A DNA stretch of 64,000 nucleotides from Trypanosoma brucei (Eukaryota): assembly GCA_000002445.1 (NCBI GenBank), contig CP000070.1:1184001-1248000 (forward strand), written 5' to 3'. Shown in pieces: positions 33,202 to 43,846 of the stretch. How positions within the stretch are numbered: the first letter of the stretch is position 1; each line of letters opens with the position of its first letter. A program made the translations under genes and the position numbers. The notes under the pieces are model-generated. The model was not told the origin of the DNA, did no database searches, and saw only the letters and a program-made list of their open reading frames with translations.

Positions 33202-34926
33202 CTAGTGCTGACGCCCTCTCATTCCACGCAAACGGTAGTTCTCGTACAAACACTCCTGCGGATACTTCCCGCCGTACCGCCAAAGAAGATAACCGCCGTC
33301 CGCCGACGATGGGCGCCTTTGGCCTTTGCGTGAAGCAGAAGCACCTCTCTTCTCATGCCTTGAAGTCCTTCTCTGCTCTTGAAGTACCTCCTGTATTTGT
33401 TCATACGTTGACTTTGGGAAATCTCTTGCCGCTATAGATGTTGACCTCTTTGTTGATTTTGGGGGATTCGGGGACCGGCGCTCCTCCACGTTAGATGGCG
33501 TACCAGCACGCGCAGCACGTAAAAACCTCTCCCTAGAGCGACAATCCGATCGATTAATTCTTTCCTTCGCATCCTCGACTGCACGCCGGTGCCTTGAGGG
33601 GTGCTGCAGTCCCTCAGCAAAGTTGTCTGTGCCGTAGTGCGGGGACTGGATAAACGTAAAAGTCGTTCCGTCCTCATTGGCAAGTAGTCCCACATCGTGA
33701 CGCCCAAGAGACTGCACGGAAGTCGCAACATTCGTCAACATTGTAGCCACGTCGCATCGGCTTAAGAAAAACAAACGACCCGCAAGCGTCTTCACCACCT
33801 CCTCAGGTTCTCGATTGTGGTCTCCTGAAGCACTGGCGAGTTCTCGAAGCGCGGCCCGCTCCAACTCCCGCTTCTGCTCCTCTGACAACTCAGGAGGCCG
33901 GGCCGCGCCCCCAGCAGGATGAAAACCGGACGGCAGGTACTGCGAAGGAAGCAAGCAAACCTTTGGTAATGGTACGCCCTGATGAAACAGGGGAGATGTT
34001 GCCTGAACAGTTCCCGCCGCCATTGGTGGTTGCGGGACTGCTGCCATTGGTGGTTGCGGGACTGCTGCCATTGGTGGTTGCGGGACTGCTGCCATTGGTG
34101 GTTGCGGGACTGCTGCCATTGGTGGTTGCGGGACTGCTGCCATTGGAGGTTGCGGGACTGCTGCCTTTGGTGGTTGTGGGACTGTTGCCATTGGAGGTTG
34201 CGGGACTGCTGCCATTGGTGGTTGTGGGACTGCTGCCATTGGTGGTTGCGGGACTGCTGCCATTGGTGGTTGCGGGACTGCTGCCATTGGAGGTTGCGGG
34301 ACTGCCGCCATTGGAGGTTGCGGGACTGCTGCCATTGGTGGTTGCGGGACTGTTGCCATTGGAGGTTGCGGGACTGCTGCCATTGGTGGTTGCGGGACTG
34401 TTGCCATTGGTGGTTGCGGGACTGCCGCCATTGGAGGTTGCGGGACTGCTGCCATTGGTGGTTGCGGGACTGCTGCCATTGGTGGTTGCGGGACTGTTGC
34501 CATTGGTGGTTGCGGGACTGCTGCCATTGGTGGTTGTGGGACTGCCGCCATTGGAGGTTGCGGGACTGCTGCCATTGGTGGTTGCGGGACTGCTGCCATT
34601 GGAGGTTGCGGGACTGCTGCCATTGGAGGTTGCGGGACTGCTGCCATTGGAGGTTGCGGGACTGCTGCCTTTGGTGGTTGTGGGACTGCTGCCATTGGTG
34701 GTTGTGGGACTGCTGCCATTGGAGGTTGCGGGACTGCTGCCTTTGGTGGTTGTGGAACTGCTGCCATTGGTGGTTGTGGGACTGCCGCCATTGGAGGTTG
34801 CGGGACTGCTGCCATTGGTGGTTGCGGGACTGTTGCCATTGGAGGTTGTGGAACTGCTGCCTTTGGTGGTTGTGGAACTGCTGCCATTGGTGGTTGTGGG
34901 ACTGCTGCCAACGGAGGGTCCGGCAT
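33202..34926 (-). CDS. proline-rich tandem-repeat protein (about 37 copies of the octapeptide MAAVPQPP) with a unique C-terminal domain
   Basis: The track start at 34950 is GTG; the first ATG is at 34924-34926 ([13 protein letters not shown]...). The N-terminal ~300 aa are near-perfect MAAVPQPP repeats with K (KAAVPQPP) and T (MATVPQPP) variants. The C-terminal ~270 aa are non-repetitive and charged. Confidence 0.8.
   Translation of the reverse strand: MPDPPLAAVPQPPMAAVPQPPKAAVPQPPMATVPQPPMAAVPQPPMAAVPQPPMAAVPQPPKAAVPQPPMAAVPQPPMAAVPQPPKAAVPQPPMAAVPQPPMAAVPQPPMAAVPQPPMAAVPQPPMAAVPQPPMAAVPQPPMATVPQPPMAAVPQPPMAAVPQPPMAAVPQPPMATVPQPPMAAVPQPPMATVPQPPMAAVPQPPMAAVPQPPMAAVPQPPMAAVPQPPMAAVPQPPMAAVPQPPMATVPQPPKAAVPQPPMAAVPQPPMAAVPQPPMAAVPQPPMAAVPQPPMAAVPQPPMAAGTVQATSPLFHQGVPLPKVCLLPSQYLPSGFHPAGGAARPPELSEEQKRELERAALRELASASGDHNREPEEVVKTLAGRLFFLSRCDVATMLTNVATSVQSLGRHDVGLLANEDGTTFTFIQSPHYGTDNFAEGLQHPSRHRRAVEDAKERINRSDCRSRERFLRAARAGTPSNVEERRSPNPPKSTKRSTSIAARDFPKSTYEQIQEVLQEQRRTSRHEKRGASASRKGQRRPSSADGGYLLWRYGGKYPQECLYENYRLRGMRGRQH
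34020..34907. repeat. tandem array of 37 x 24 bp (ccattggtggttgcgggactgctg and point variants) encoding the MAAVPQPP repeats
   Basis: Counted directly: 888 bp = 37 units. Variant units are ccattggaggttgcgg..., cctttggtggttgtgg... and ...ggactgccg. The plus-strand ORFs 33963..35024 and 33982..34944 are antisense artefacts of this array. Confidence 0.95.
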
Positions 34927-35175
34927 TGTCACAAAAAATCTTAAGGACACTCTATGACCCCTATGACGTACACAAGTATCAAGGTTGGAGTATATATATA
35001 TATATATTTACGGGAAGAAAGTAAATAAGAAGCCTCAGTAAATTCAACACGACAAAAAAGTGGGTACAAGGTCGATCAGATGGAAACAATACCGAGTACA
35101 AGCTGCGCAAGTAATTAAGCATATCGATATTGTGTGTTGTTAGCGCAAACGAATCCTGCTACGCGTGCTATAGGG

Positions 35176-36816
35176 TTATCCTCCTTCATCGTACTGGATA
35201 CTAGTCAGTTTCCCCGAGTCATACGCCTTTTTAGTGATGGGATCGCGAAGGATCTTATACGCAAGAATTATCTTTTGCATTCTACTCCTACTTATTTCAT
35301 CATTTTCACCTGTGTTAGACACATCCGGGTGGTGCCGCCTGGCCGCTTCGCGGAAAGCCACAGCTACGTCCTTTGAAGTTGCAGAAAACTCCCGACCACT
35401 CAAACCAAGTAACTTGTAGTATCCTAGTGGGTCAACATTCTCCAAATCAGTACGCCGCCTCTCCTTTGGGTTGACGTGTCGTCCACGGCGAGCTTCGTCA
35501 CGAGCAGCTTCTTCCTTCACCCTTTGCTCAAAACTCTCTTTTTTACGAGCTTGGCGCCGCAGTTCCTCCCGATACTCGTATTCCTCACGCTCCTCATCTT
35601 CAGGCGACCAACGGTAGCCTTGCTGATCAGAGGTGAAGTGCAACATCCCCGCCGTTTTCAACTCCGCCATCTGGTTTGTCTGCTCCCGAAGGAAACACAT
35701 CACCATCAAAAACTGTTGGACACGTAGTGATAGTGCAGCTGCGAAAATAGAGGCTGTAGTTGCAACACCAGGTTCGACCACTGTGGCGGAGGCTATTAGC
35801 GTAACAGCGCTAAAGAGCAGTGCTACGCCCGATTTTCCACGTTTTGTGAGGTGTAAGACGGGACCAGCAACTTTACCAGTAGCACCACACACAAAAGTGG
35901 GACACTGTGTAGATGAGTTTCCCGTTGTAACCGTAAACCGCAACATTGGGAGAAAAACAGGACGAATGGAAATACTTTCCTTGTAAATACCGGTAAGGGT
36001 TACATTGCTTCTTACGAATGAGCCGTGGAACTTGACCAGTTCCTGATCGATACGCCGAAGAACGGTATCTCTTGTCAGACGGGAGTCCAAAATGGTGAGC
36101 GCTGTGGCCGTCGACATCGCAAAGGGTATGATTTTGGGATGCACCTCCATTTCCTCTAGCTCTTTTAGCAACTCGAAACGTGAGATAAGCATGGAGGGAA
36201 CATGTGTTCCAACAACACAACGCTCCACCAGCGACAGTGGGTGAACGTACGACGCAGATACTTGATTGGATGGGTGGTGCTCACCAAACGGGTAGCTGAA
36301 CTGGTAATTCGGTCCCTCAACCCAAACAAGGCAATGCTGCTGCGTTAAGTACGCAGGATCCCTCTGTAGAATTTCAGCACGGAAACTCCCACCGGCTGCC
36401 GTCGCTGCGAGCCAGAAAGGCATCATGTACCGTTCGACACTGTGAACACGCACCGTAGCGCCATGGTGACGACATACAGCATCCAGAGCCTCTGCCTCGC
36501 CAATGTGAAACGGGATGCCACACGCCTTTTTAACGATGCGGGTGTTTTTTGCTTCTAATTGGTCCAGTGACCGAGCAAAAGTAGAAACTTTGTTTTCACC
36601 GGATCCAGGGGGGGCCTGCTCTTCAAAGAGCCCCATCATCGTGCGCCGTTGGTTCACCTGCACATAACAAAGGGAGTATGAAACACACGACCGTAGTTGA
36701 AACATCCTAGTTTCAAAATGCCGCTCCCCTAACACAGTCCATGCACGCCCTATTCTATGATTGATGGGTTGAAAAGAAACGGCAGAATGAATTACAATAC
36801 ATACATCTGCGTGCAT
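35176..36816 (-). CDS. J-domain (DnaJ/Hsp40) protein with the J domain at the C-terminus
   Basis: C-terminal J domain: DPLGYYKLLGLSGREFSATSKDVAVAFREAARRHHPDVSNTGENDEISRSRMQKIILAYKILRDPITKKAYDSG, with the invariant HPD. The track start at 36900 is GTG. In-frame ATGs lie at 36816, 36705 and 36639. The sequence upstream of MMGLFEEQ (36639) is Cys-rich and hydrophobic, so the true start may be 36639. Confidence 0.75.
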   Translation of the reverse strand: MHADVCIVIHSAVSFQPINHRIGRAWTVLGERHFETRMFQLRSCVSYSLCYVQVNQRRTMMGLFEEQAPPGSGENKVSTFARSLDQLEAKNTRIVKKACGIPFHIGEAEALDAVCRHHGATVRVHSVERYMMPFWLAATAAGGSFRAEILQRDPAYLTQQHCLVWVEGPNYQFSYPFGEHHPSNQVSASYVHPLSLVERCVVGTHVPSMLISRFELLKELEEMEVHPKIIPFAMSTATALTILDSRLTRDTVLRRIDQELVKFHGSFVRSNVTLTGIYKESISIRPVFLPMLRFTVTTGNSSTQCPTFVCGATGKVAGPVLHLTKRGKSGVALLFSAVTLIASATVVEPGVATTASIFAAALSLRVQQFLMVMCFLREQTNQMAELKTAGMLHFTSDQQGYRWSPEDEEREEYEYREELRRQARKKESFEQRVKEEAARDEARRGRHVNPKERRRTDLENVDPLGYYKLLGLSGREFSATSKDVAVAFREAARRHHPDVSNTGENDEISRSRMQKIILAYKILRDPITKKAYDSGKLTSIQYDEGG

Positions 36817-37081
36817 GAACCCAACGAGATTGAGCAACTGGAAAGAGGCAACATGGGAGAGCAACAAAACTGACACCACTTTACGGTATCGTGCAGACAC
36901 CTTCCTAACGCACTTGAAAGTCGTCGCGACCCACTAAGGGGAGGGTGCACGGTGGTTCGTATTCACTAGTCTTCCGTGCAGTTAACGCGGTAACAAAAGG
37001 TTAGATCACTTTAGCTAATACAAGTGTGTAAAACATTAATAAACAGTGTAAATATACAATGACATTTGGGGGAAGTGTCCG

Positions 37082-39913
37082 TTACGGAACACAACCAGCG
37101 TCCCCTTTCTCGACTGTGGGTGGTGGCAGTTCCCTTAGTATCAATGCGCTGCGCGAGTGCAATGTGCGCAACCTTTCTATCATATCAGTCAGAAAACAAG
37201 CGAGCTTCCGTGGGAAACTCACTTTGGGGTCCGGGCACCAGTACTGGCAGGCAATACCAAAAGATTCCAAGAACAGTGAGAAGCATAACTCCCCCTCTGG
37301 AAGCAGCAGAACGCGTTCGTGAAGCGCATTAAAGGTTTCTGTAATCTCCTCGACATCTGTGAACTTCACCTTCCGACAGTACCGATGCGGTTCGGTGCTC
37401 CCCCTCCGGGAGTTATTCTCTTTCTCCTTGTTGTCTGCGACAAAACCACAATCTGAGAACATACGAAGATAGGCATCAAAGCTAATTCGACCCACGAAGC
37501 GACCCGATGGTTGTTTTAACCCTTTCGATGACTTCCTTTGGTTTTCACTCTGCTGTTTTACGTAGAAGAAAAAAACACGCGCCAGGTCTTCCTGTAAATG
37601 ACGTATAACGCGCTGCGATTCCGGTCGATAGAAGTCCACTGTTGTTGGAGTCACCCCACAGAGTGTTGGGACACTCAAACCAGTGAGAAACCGCCCCGCC
37701 GCATCCAACAACGAGTCTCGAAAGCGCACAGCACCCATATGTAAAAGTATTTCCGTAAACTGCGCCGGCTTGACTCTGCGTATATTCATTTCTTCCTCCG
37801 CCGCCTCTAGCAAAGCAGCCTGCTTCTCCACACTTTTAGCTTGAAGCATTGCCATAAGCTTAGGAGAGATAACTGTGTCGAAAATTCGGGCTATGGTTTG
37901 TCTCGAAAGTGGTTCCACCATTAATCGGGAATCCTCTACGAACCGCCAAAACTGAACTTCGTCCATCTCGTGTGCATTCTCTCCGGCATAGTGATAAAAA
38001 ATTGAAGTAATCGTGTTTACATGTTTCCACAGCACCCTCTTAAGAGACTGCACAACGGACCTCCACACCTGGGGGGTACACGAACCGAACTTCTCGCGGA
38101 GGTCGTTCATTTTCCTCGCATTAAGACTCACAAAGTGGCGGGAGGCGTCGGCTGTCACTACATATCTCGGATGGCCTCTGCCTCGTTCCCATGTCAAACG
38201 TGCGGCTTCACGGGAGATGCACATGCCACTCTTTTGCAAGTCCATCTCACACCATACACCCAAGCGAAAGTTTTCCACCTGCTTGCTGAGCTCCTTATTC
38301 CATATCGACAGTTGCTTCTTTACATCCTCTTCAGTGGTCAGAAGGCTGACATCTTCCGAATCGGTAGCGATGCTGCTGTCAACTTGAAGGGGATCCTGTT
38401 CAACAACCAACCGGAAAGACTCGCTGACAGCGTCTGCCCTCTTCTTTTCCACGTAGTAAGCGAATATTTCAGCTACTGCTACTATGATCCTGTCCTCCCG
38501 TTTCATGTTGAAGTCTTCAACAGTTAGCGAAACGGCTAGGGGTATGTTTGTAGTGAAGTCGCACACCAGTCGAAGTCGGTCTGCCACAGACGAGTCCACG
38601 GATGTCGCAAACTCTTTTTTTTCAGGAAAAACGTAACGAATAATGCCGTGAAACACCTCCCCATCGGCGAAGTCGTCTGCAAAATTTCGCACTCGCCGCA
38701 ACACCCCGACCTCTCCACTGCGAAGGATGTGGTTACACCACCGGAGAAGGAATGAATGTCCCTGCAACGCCTCGTTCTCACCATGTTCAGGTTCTCTTTC
38801 CTGGTAGTCACCATCTTCTTTGTGGAGCCAGCCTGCAACTACTTCCTTAGCATCAAACTGAGTACCGACAATCTTCTTCAGCAGGATGTTTTGATGCTGA
38901 GCTAGGGTTAATATCTCAAGTAAACGAGCCCTAAGATTCGCCTCATGATTCCTCTCTTGGATCTTTAGTTGCTCTTTCAGCCTTTCCACCTCTAGTTGCA
39001 GCTCGTCTCGCTCGCACATTACCGCCTTTAGCTCTGAGTCCTTCTCCTCATTGCTTAGTTGTAACTTATCGGCCCTGAAGCATTCCATATGGAATTGATT
39101 CTTTGCGCTCTCCAATTGAAATGCCGCATCGTGCAACCTCTCGGTGAGAAACTGCACGCGAGACATTGCTGTGGCACTCTTCCAACGAAGGAACCCTAGT
39201 GCAACACACAAAAAGCGGCTATCGGCACCGTGCCGCGACACGACGTTGCGCCTAAGCTTATTAACGACGCGCTCCTTTTTCACATTATCCCGCCATGCAA
39301 TAAAAGCCCTCCTTTTTCTTTCACTTTGTACGTAAACAACAAGCATGTGTGCAATTCGCTTCCACTCGCTGCCTGTGAACGAGACCCGTTTGAGTTCCCC
39401 CGAAATGTTTTTCAGCTTTAATAGGCTGGCATCGTATTCATGCATATACGTAGAGTGGGAAAAAAAAGGGTTGTCGCGATGCAGGGCACGGTCGCACAAC
39501 AGCGCCTGTATCGCAGCTGGCGCGTAGTCTAACCGTTTTGCATCGTAATTGCAAAAAATAGCTGGTAGTAGGGCTTCGGTGATGTGCACCATGAACTGCT
39601 TAAAGGGTGAGTGGCAGCTCAAAAGTTTCATGGACCACACTGCAGCCATTGCTCTCGACTGGTTCGTAACGCCTTCACGGCCCGCAAGCTCTCGCAGCAT
39701 CGTCTCAACAAAGAAGCTTACAGAAGAGAATTCTCGGTAGCGTTCGGCATACTCCAAGAGTAACTTCGCATAGCGATGCCTTTCGATCTTATTGCGTGCG
39801 TCTAATGCGGCATCTTCCTTTTGGGAGAAAGCAGCATACGTGGCGCTCGGTCCCGAAGGAAAAACTATTGGAGGAAGTGATGAGGAGCAGGGATGCTTTG
39901 CTCGCGACACCAT
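37082..39913 (-). CDS. calponin-homology (CH) domain plus coiled-coil protein, hypothetical
   Basis: 943 codons with ATG at 39911-39913. LLRWCNHILRSGEVGVLRRVRNFADDFADGEVFHGIIRYVFP resembles the CH-domain core (LLxWCN...V.NF...F.DG.....L). Long coiled-coil stretches flank it (LKAVMCERDELQLEVERLKEQLKIQERNHEANLRARLLEIL). Confidence 0.7.
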   Translation of the reverse strand: MVSRAKHPCSSSLPPIVFPSGPSATYAAFSQKEDAALDARNKIERHRYAKLLLEYAERYREFSSVSFFVETMLRELAGREGVTNQSRAMAAVWSMKLLSCHSPFKQFMVHITEALLPAIFCNYDAKRLDYAPAAIQALLCDRALHRDNPFFSHSTYMHEYDASLLKLKNISGELKRVSFTGSEWKRIAHMLVVYVQSERKRRAFIAWRDNVKKERVVNKLRRNVVSRHGADSRFLCVALGFLRWKSATAMSRVQFLTERLHDAAFQLESAKNQFHMECFRADKLQLSNEEKDSELKAVMCERDELQLEVERLKEQLKIQERNHEANLRARLLEILTLAQHQNILLKKIVGTQFDAKEVVAGWLHKEDGDYQEREPEHGENEALQGHSFLLRWCNHILRSGEVGVLRRVRNFADDFADGEVFHGIIRYVFPEKKEFATSVDSSVADRLRLVCDFTTNIPLAVSLTVEDFNMKREDRIIVAVAEIFAYYVEKKRADAVSESFRLVVEQDPLQVDSSIATDSEDVSLLTTEEDVKKQLSIWNKELSKQVENFRLGVWCEMDLQKSGMCISREAARLTWERGRGHPRYVVTADASRHFVSLNARKMNDLREKFGSCTPQVWRSVVQSLKRVLWKHVNTITSIFYHYAGENAHEMDEVQFWRFVEDSRLMVEPLSRQTIARIFDTVISPKLMAMLQAKSVEKQAALLEAAEEEMNIRRVKPAQFTEILLHMGAVRFRDSLLDAAGRFLTGLSVPTLCGVTPTTVDFYRPESQRVIRHLQEDLARVFFFYVKQQSENQRKSSKGLKQPSGRFVGRISFDAYLRMFSDCGFVADNKEKENNSRRGSTEPHRYCRKVKFTDVEEITETFNALHERVLLLPEGELCFSLFLESFGIACQYWCPDPKVSFPRKLACFLTDMIERLRTLHSRSALILRELPPPTVEKGDAGCVP

Positions 39914-40230
39914 ACCTAAGACACTCTAAACTCCTACAGAATCTGCCAAATTTTGTGTGACTTTTCGTGCAGGAGGGATAAAATCTGAAGTGATTGAAAG
40001 ACACACAAACGGATATAATTCAAAACATTGTGCTAACTGCAACGAAAACTACACAATAGATGAGATGCAAGGAAGAACGAGAAATGGTGCTCCTTCATTG
40101 CTGGAGCAAGAACCCTGTCATAGGATAATAAAAAGTAAAAAGTTCCCGCAGAGAATACACCGGTACATGTAACATGAAAGTTATGGTGCTCTGGTAAGTA
40201 ACTGACATACCTAGAAGGTTGCCGAAATAT

Positions 40231-41598
40231 TCACGTTTCGTCGTTGCTTTGCACAGATGCCTCATTCACTTCCTTCTGTTTGTCGCGTGTATACGTGGCA
40301 AAGCTCAGGTCACAGTTTAACCGAATCGGATCCCTATTAATTTTCTTTTGAATGCCATCAAACAACTCTCTTATACCGAGCTTTGCTAACTCAACCAATG
40401 GTACATCTTCGTTAAAAGTCGTGGAATGCAATCCCTCCGACGAAGACGTATCACACGTTGAGTTTTGATTGCTCTGCTGAGTGAACTCTCCTGTACATGT
40501 CCCCTCTAACCTATCCACATGTTTTCCCCGCCGACGCGGCAGAGCATCCGGGTTCTGAATTCCCTTCGCAGGACCCTGGACCGAATCATCCGCCTCAAGA
40601 CTCACGCGCGATCCGTTGTCCACCTCTCCAACGTTTCTGTTGGTCGCATATTGCTGCATATGACCGCCAGCAGTTGGTAGTCCCAGTGGTTCCTCAGTGT
40701 TTTCCCCTTCTAAACCTTTACCACCCCTCACAACCTCATTTTGCTGAGGTGTTAACTCCGATAAGACATACGGGGCATCTGTCGCCCCCTCCGATGATCG
40801 CAACTGGGCTTCAATAGTTTGAGAGAGCCCCGGTTCACAAGCTGTATCCGCAGTACAACTTCGTGGCGAGGTTGGGATCGACTCGTCAAGAGAGGCCGAG
40901 CCGCCCTCCTGAGTTTCGGGCGTTGGAACACTGCCCTTCGTGTTGTTTGAATGATCTACACCGCCACGAGAACGCGCTCCTCCACCCGGGCGAAGAAACG
41001 CACTGAGAGGAGGTAGCTCGCTGTCATCTACATTCTTTCGCTTAAGTGACTTGAGGGTTACCTGCACCTTTTTCAATTCATATAGCGACATATCAATTTC
41101 GTCACCCAGTTGCGAGTGCTGATTGCTCTGGTTTGCCCTGTTGGCGGACCCATGACGTTTCGTGCACCTCTGGCGGTTTCTTACATTCCCTCGGCAACTC
41201 GATTTCGAGTTTACCCCACCCGCGTTGGGGGGACCTTCATCAACCGTCCCCATGGCGGCCGCCTTGAATGCAACCAAGCGGTTAAACGCGTCAGCTGCTT
41301 TAGGGTACGGATTCTTGTCGGGATGAACCAGAAGCGTCCACCCCTGGAATGCCTTCCGCACTACCGAGGGCGGTGCGTCGGTTCCAAATAAGGTTTGGTA
41401 TGTGACACACGGGTCCAGCAACGCCTCGACAACGTCAGCGTAGCGGTAGGGTAAAGGAACATCCAACGGGTTGGACAGTACCCTGCACATCCGCGCCATT
41501 TTGGTGTACTGAGGATACAGCACCATTAGGTTTGCGTAGAGGCACGCCGCACCCTTCAGGTCCCCCTCTTGAAAGCAGCGCTCGGCAGCAGCTTCCAT
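40231..41598 (-). CDS. J-domain protein with N-terminal TPR-like helix pair, J domain and long S/G/N-rich disordered tail
   Basis: 455 codons with ATG at 41596-41598. J-like domain: YQTLFGTDAPPSVVRKAFQGWTLLVHPDKNPYPKAADAFNRLVAFKAA, with HPD. It is preceded by the amphipathic CFQEGDLKGAACLYANLMVLYPQYTKMARM. Confidence 0.72.
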   Translation of the reverse strand: MEAAAERCFQEGDLKGAACLYANLMVLYPQYTKMARMCRVLSNPLDVPLPYRYADVVEALLDPCVTYQTLFGTDAPPSVVRKAFQGWTLLVHPDKNPYPKAADAFNRLVAFKAAAMGTVDEGPPNAGGVNSKSSCRGNVRNRQRCTKRHGSANRANQSNQHSQLGDEIDMSLYELKKVQVTLKSLKRKNVDDSELPPLSAFLRPGGGARSRGGVDHSNNTKGSVPTPETQEGGSASLDESIPTSPRSCTADTACEPGLSQTIEAQLRSSEGATDAPYVLSELTPQQNEVVRGGKGLEGENTEEPLGLPTAGGHMQQYATNRNVGEVDNGSRVSLEADDSVQGPAKGIQNPDALPRRRGKHVDRLEGTCTGEFTQQSNQNSTCDTSSSEGLHSTTFNEDVPLVELAKLGIRELFDGIQKKINRDPIRLNCDLSFATYTRDKQKEVNEASVQSNDET

Positions 41599-42039
41599 TT
41601 ATAACCCCGCCCACTACGGAGGGGTATAAGCGATGTTGTACAGAGGGGCACACAAGAAAGTGGAGAAAAACATGCACGCAACAAACCGCTCCCAAACCAA
41701 AGATTAGGTAGTGTATGTGGAGAAGGGAAATTCTCTCTTTTTCTTAGTAAGGTTACAAAAAAAAACACAAGAAAATAGATGCCCCACCCACAGTCGTAAC
41801 CCTGAACCTCGTGTAGCTGCTGTCAAACGCCAGATAGAATCCAAACACAATGTGCAAGACCGAAGGAGCGCCCCATGTGTATAACATTCCTTCGAAGCGA
41901 AACTGTATCAGGTTATATGCGTCCTTCAGTCTTTTCTTTGTCACACAGAGCGAACCTTCCCGCTTACAAGCTGAGTGGAAAAAGGAAGATACACCATTCG
42001 GTAAAAATCATGGTCCGCCTGTGGACAGTGAGCACTGTC

Positions 42040-42867
42040 TCAGAACCATTTCCTGGATCGGTCAAACTGTTTGCGCAAACTGGCAGCATCCTGTGCATCC
42101 TTTCCATAGCGGGTGCCGTCCTTTCTCATAATACCTACAATGATAAAATGGTGTGTGTTCGGCGACTGCACCCCGTCACCCAGTCGCACCTCGAAAACCG
42201 GGTATTCGCACACACTCTGCCATTCTTCATTATCACCCTTTCTCTCGCGAAACTCGCATTTGTACGTTATCTGCAACCAGTCCTCTTTGGACATTTGTCC
42301 CATGTAGCAATTCACGAGCTGAAACGAATCCAATTCAATCTGATAGGTGTTGCTGACCTCTTGCATCTTCAGAGACTTCCAACTCTTTTTGGCAAACTCG
42401 TCGTTCATCCTAGTTTTTATCTCTTTAGAGATCCGACTAGCTTCTCCGTGTGTTGTTAGACGTTGCAGCACCTTCAGATCTTCCAAGCTCCTGGAGTGAG
42501 AAATGGTTTTAAGTTGAATGAACAACTTCTTCAGGTCGTCCGTCTTGAAGTCGGGACGGCGGTCGATAAGCTTTCGCATTGTCATGAAGCGCCTGAGTAC
42601 CTTTTTCAGTCCCGTCACTGATGTGTACTTAATAGGTGTAATGTCTGGGTCCATTACGCAATCCATGGAGGCGAAACGCATCTGCTTGGACCACTGTTCC
42701 TTGTCGAAGTCGTAGTCCGTACGCTTCTGCGAGGCTACCTGATTATCCGACTCCCAACGAGTTTGCACGCTGCGATTCATGTTGAGATTCCGCACTTGTG
42801 TTAGTATTCGGCAGCAAGGTAAGCTTCCAGCAGGAGCGAAGGCGTCTAAACGCAGTCGGTACCTCAT
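42040..42867 (-). CDS. hypothetical protein (about 275 aa)
   Basis: The track start at 42897 is GTG; the first ATG is at 42865-42867 (MRYRLRLDAF...). K/E-rich, protein-like composition. No motif recognised. Confidence 0.55.
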   Translation of the reverse strand: MRYRLRLDAFAPAGSLPCCRILTQVRNLNMNRSVQTRWESDNQVASQKRTDYDFDKEQWSKQMRFASMDCVMDPDITPIKYTSVTGLKKVLRRFMTMRKLIDRRPDFKTDDLKKLFIQLKTISHSRSLEDLKVLQRLTTHGEASRISKEIKTRMNDEFAKKSWKSLKMQEVSNTYQIELDSFQLVNCYMGQMSKEDWLQITYKCEFRERKGDNEEWQSVCEYPVFEVRLGDGVQSPNTHHFIIVGIMRKDGTRYGKDAQDAASLRKQFDRSRKWF

Positions 42868-43273
42868 CGCCTGCTTAAGAAATGCACAATTACACACATT
42901 GTTATTTTTTAAAGTGCGGAAAGTAAGTAATGAACAAAAACACAGAAGGGAAAGAATGTGTTTTAGAGAAAATAATAAAGTGATGTGAACGTGCCCGTTC
43001 TAAGTCGGACAAGACAATAACAGTATACGCACCCGTATCTGCACGTCCACGTATAACATGGTATTGGGCGCTGAAACTGAAGGTGCCAACAGCGCTTTCG
43101 TACAGCAGTACAACTTTCGTCTCACGTATAATCAAATATATGTACGAAGCAAAAAAATGCCCCCGCTGAACCAGGGGGGGAAACATGGAGAAGACCATTC
43201 ACACACCGCTTTCTTGCCGGCGAGGAGAGTAAAAGAAAAGATCGAGGCACCAACACGCCGTACCGTATACCCC

Positions 43274-43846
43274 CTACGGCGGGAACGCAAAGCTTCGTAG
43301 CCACGTCATGACATCCATAAGACCCAGCCCATTCCAAGAATCAATAGCGAGGTATTTTATTCCCTCTATGGGAATCGCTGAAAGAAAAAACATTGCCTCC
43401 TTCGTTGTCACGGCGTTTCTGCCAGCAGCCTTGTTCAATAAAACAGCCACCGGCCAGTCTCTGCATAACCCTTCGCTTCCCTTTAACTTTGCGATGGTAA
43501 CTTGGGCCAATGGTAACAAGTGAGGGGCTAGTGAGTCGACAACCAACATCAGCCCAAACCGGTTGTTCATCTCCCTCCCCGTCGAGTTTAAACGTGCTTC
43601 AATAAACTTCTCCCACATTGGGGCCATGTCCCCGCCCAGTTCCCGCAACTCTACTGTGCGAGAGGTGTCTTTGCCCTTCGGTGATTCCACAATAATGGTA
43701 CGGAGCTCCTGGCCCTTCGTTGGAACCTGATGAGTACACTGTGTCAGCAGTGCGCCGGCCTCACTCATCGAAACAAGTTGTTGCACCAAACTTGTCTTCC
43801 CTGAAGAAGTAGGACCGAGCACATAAATGATAAGTCGCCCTGACAT
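43274..43846 (-). CDS. divergent ARF/ARL-like small GTPase
   Basis: ATG at 43844-43846. P-loop GPTSSGKTS (GxxxxGK[ST]). Switch-II-like RELGGDMAPMWEKFI (compare ARF WDVGGQxxxRxLWxHYF). NKxD-like LLNKAAG. About 190 aa, the typical size. The catalytic Gln after DxGG is replaced by Asp. Confidence 0.72.
   Translation of the reverse strand: MSGRLIIYVLGPTSSGKTSLVQQLVSMSEAGALLTQCTHQVPTKGQELRTIIVESPKGKDTSRTVELRELGGDMAPMWEKFIEARLNSTGREMNNRFGLMLVVDSLAPHLLPLAQVTIAKLKGSEGLCRDWPVAVLLNKAAGRNAVTTKEAMFFLSAIPIEGIKYLAIDSWNGLGLMDVMTWLRSFAFPP

Noticed and set aside
33963-35024. Plus-strand ORFs of 353 aa (33963..35024) and 320 aa (33982..34944) with LLPLVVAG / CCHWWLRD repeats
   Set aside because: They are antisense and frame-shifted readings of the 24-bp tandem array. 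The minus-strand reading (MAAVPQPP) continues into a unique, protein-like C-terminus and has an ATG exactly at the array start.
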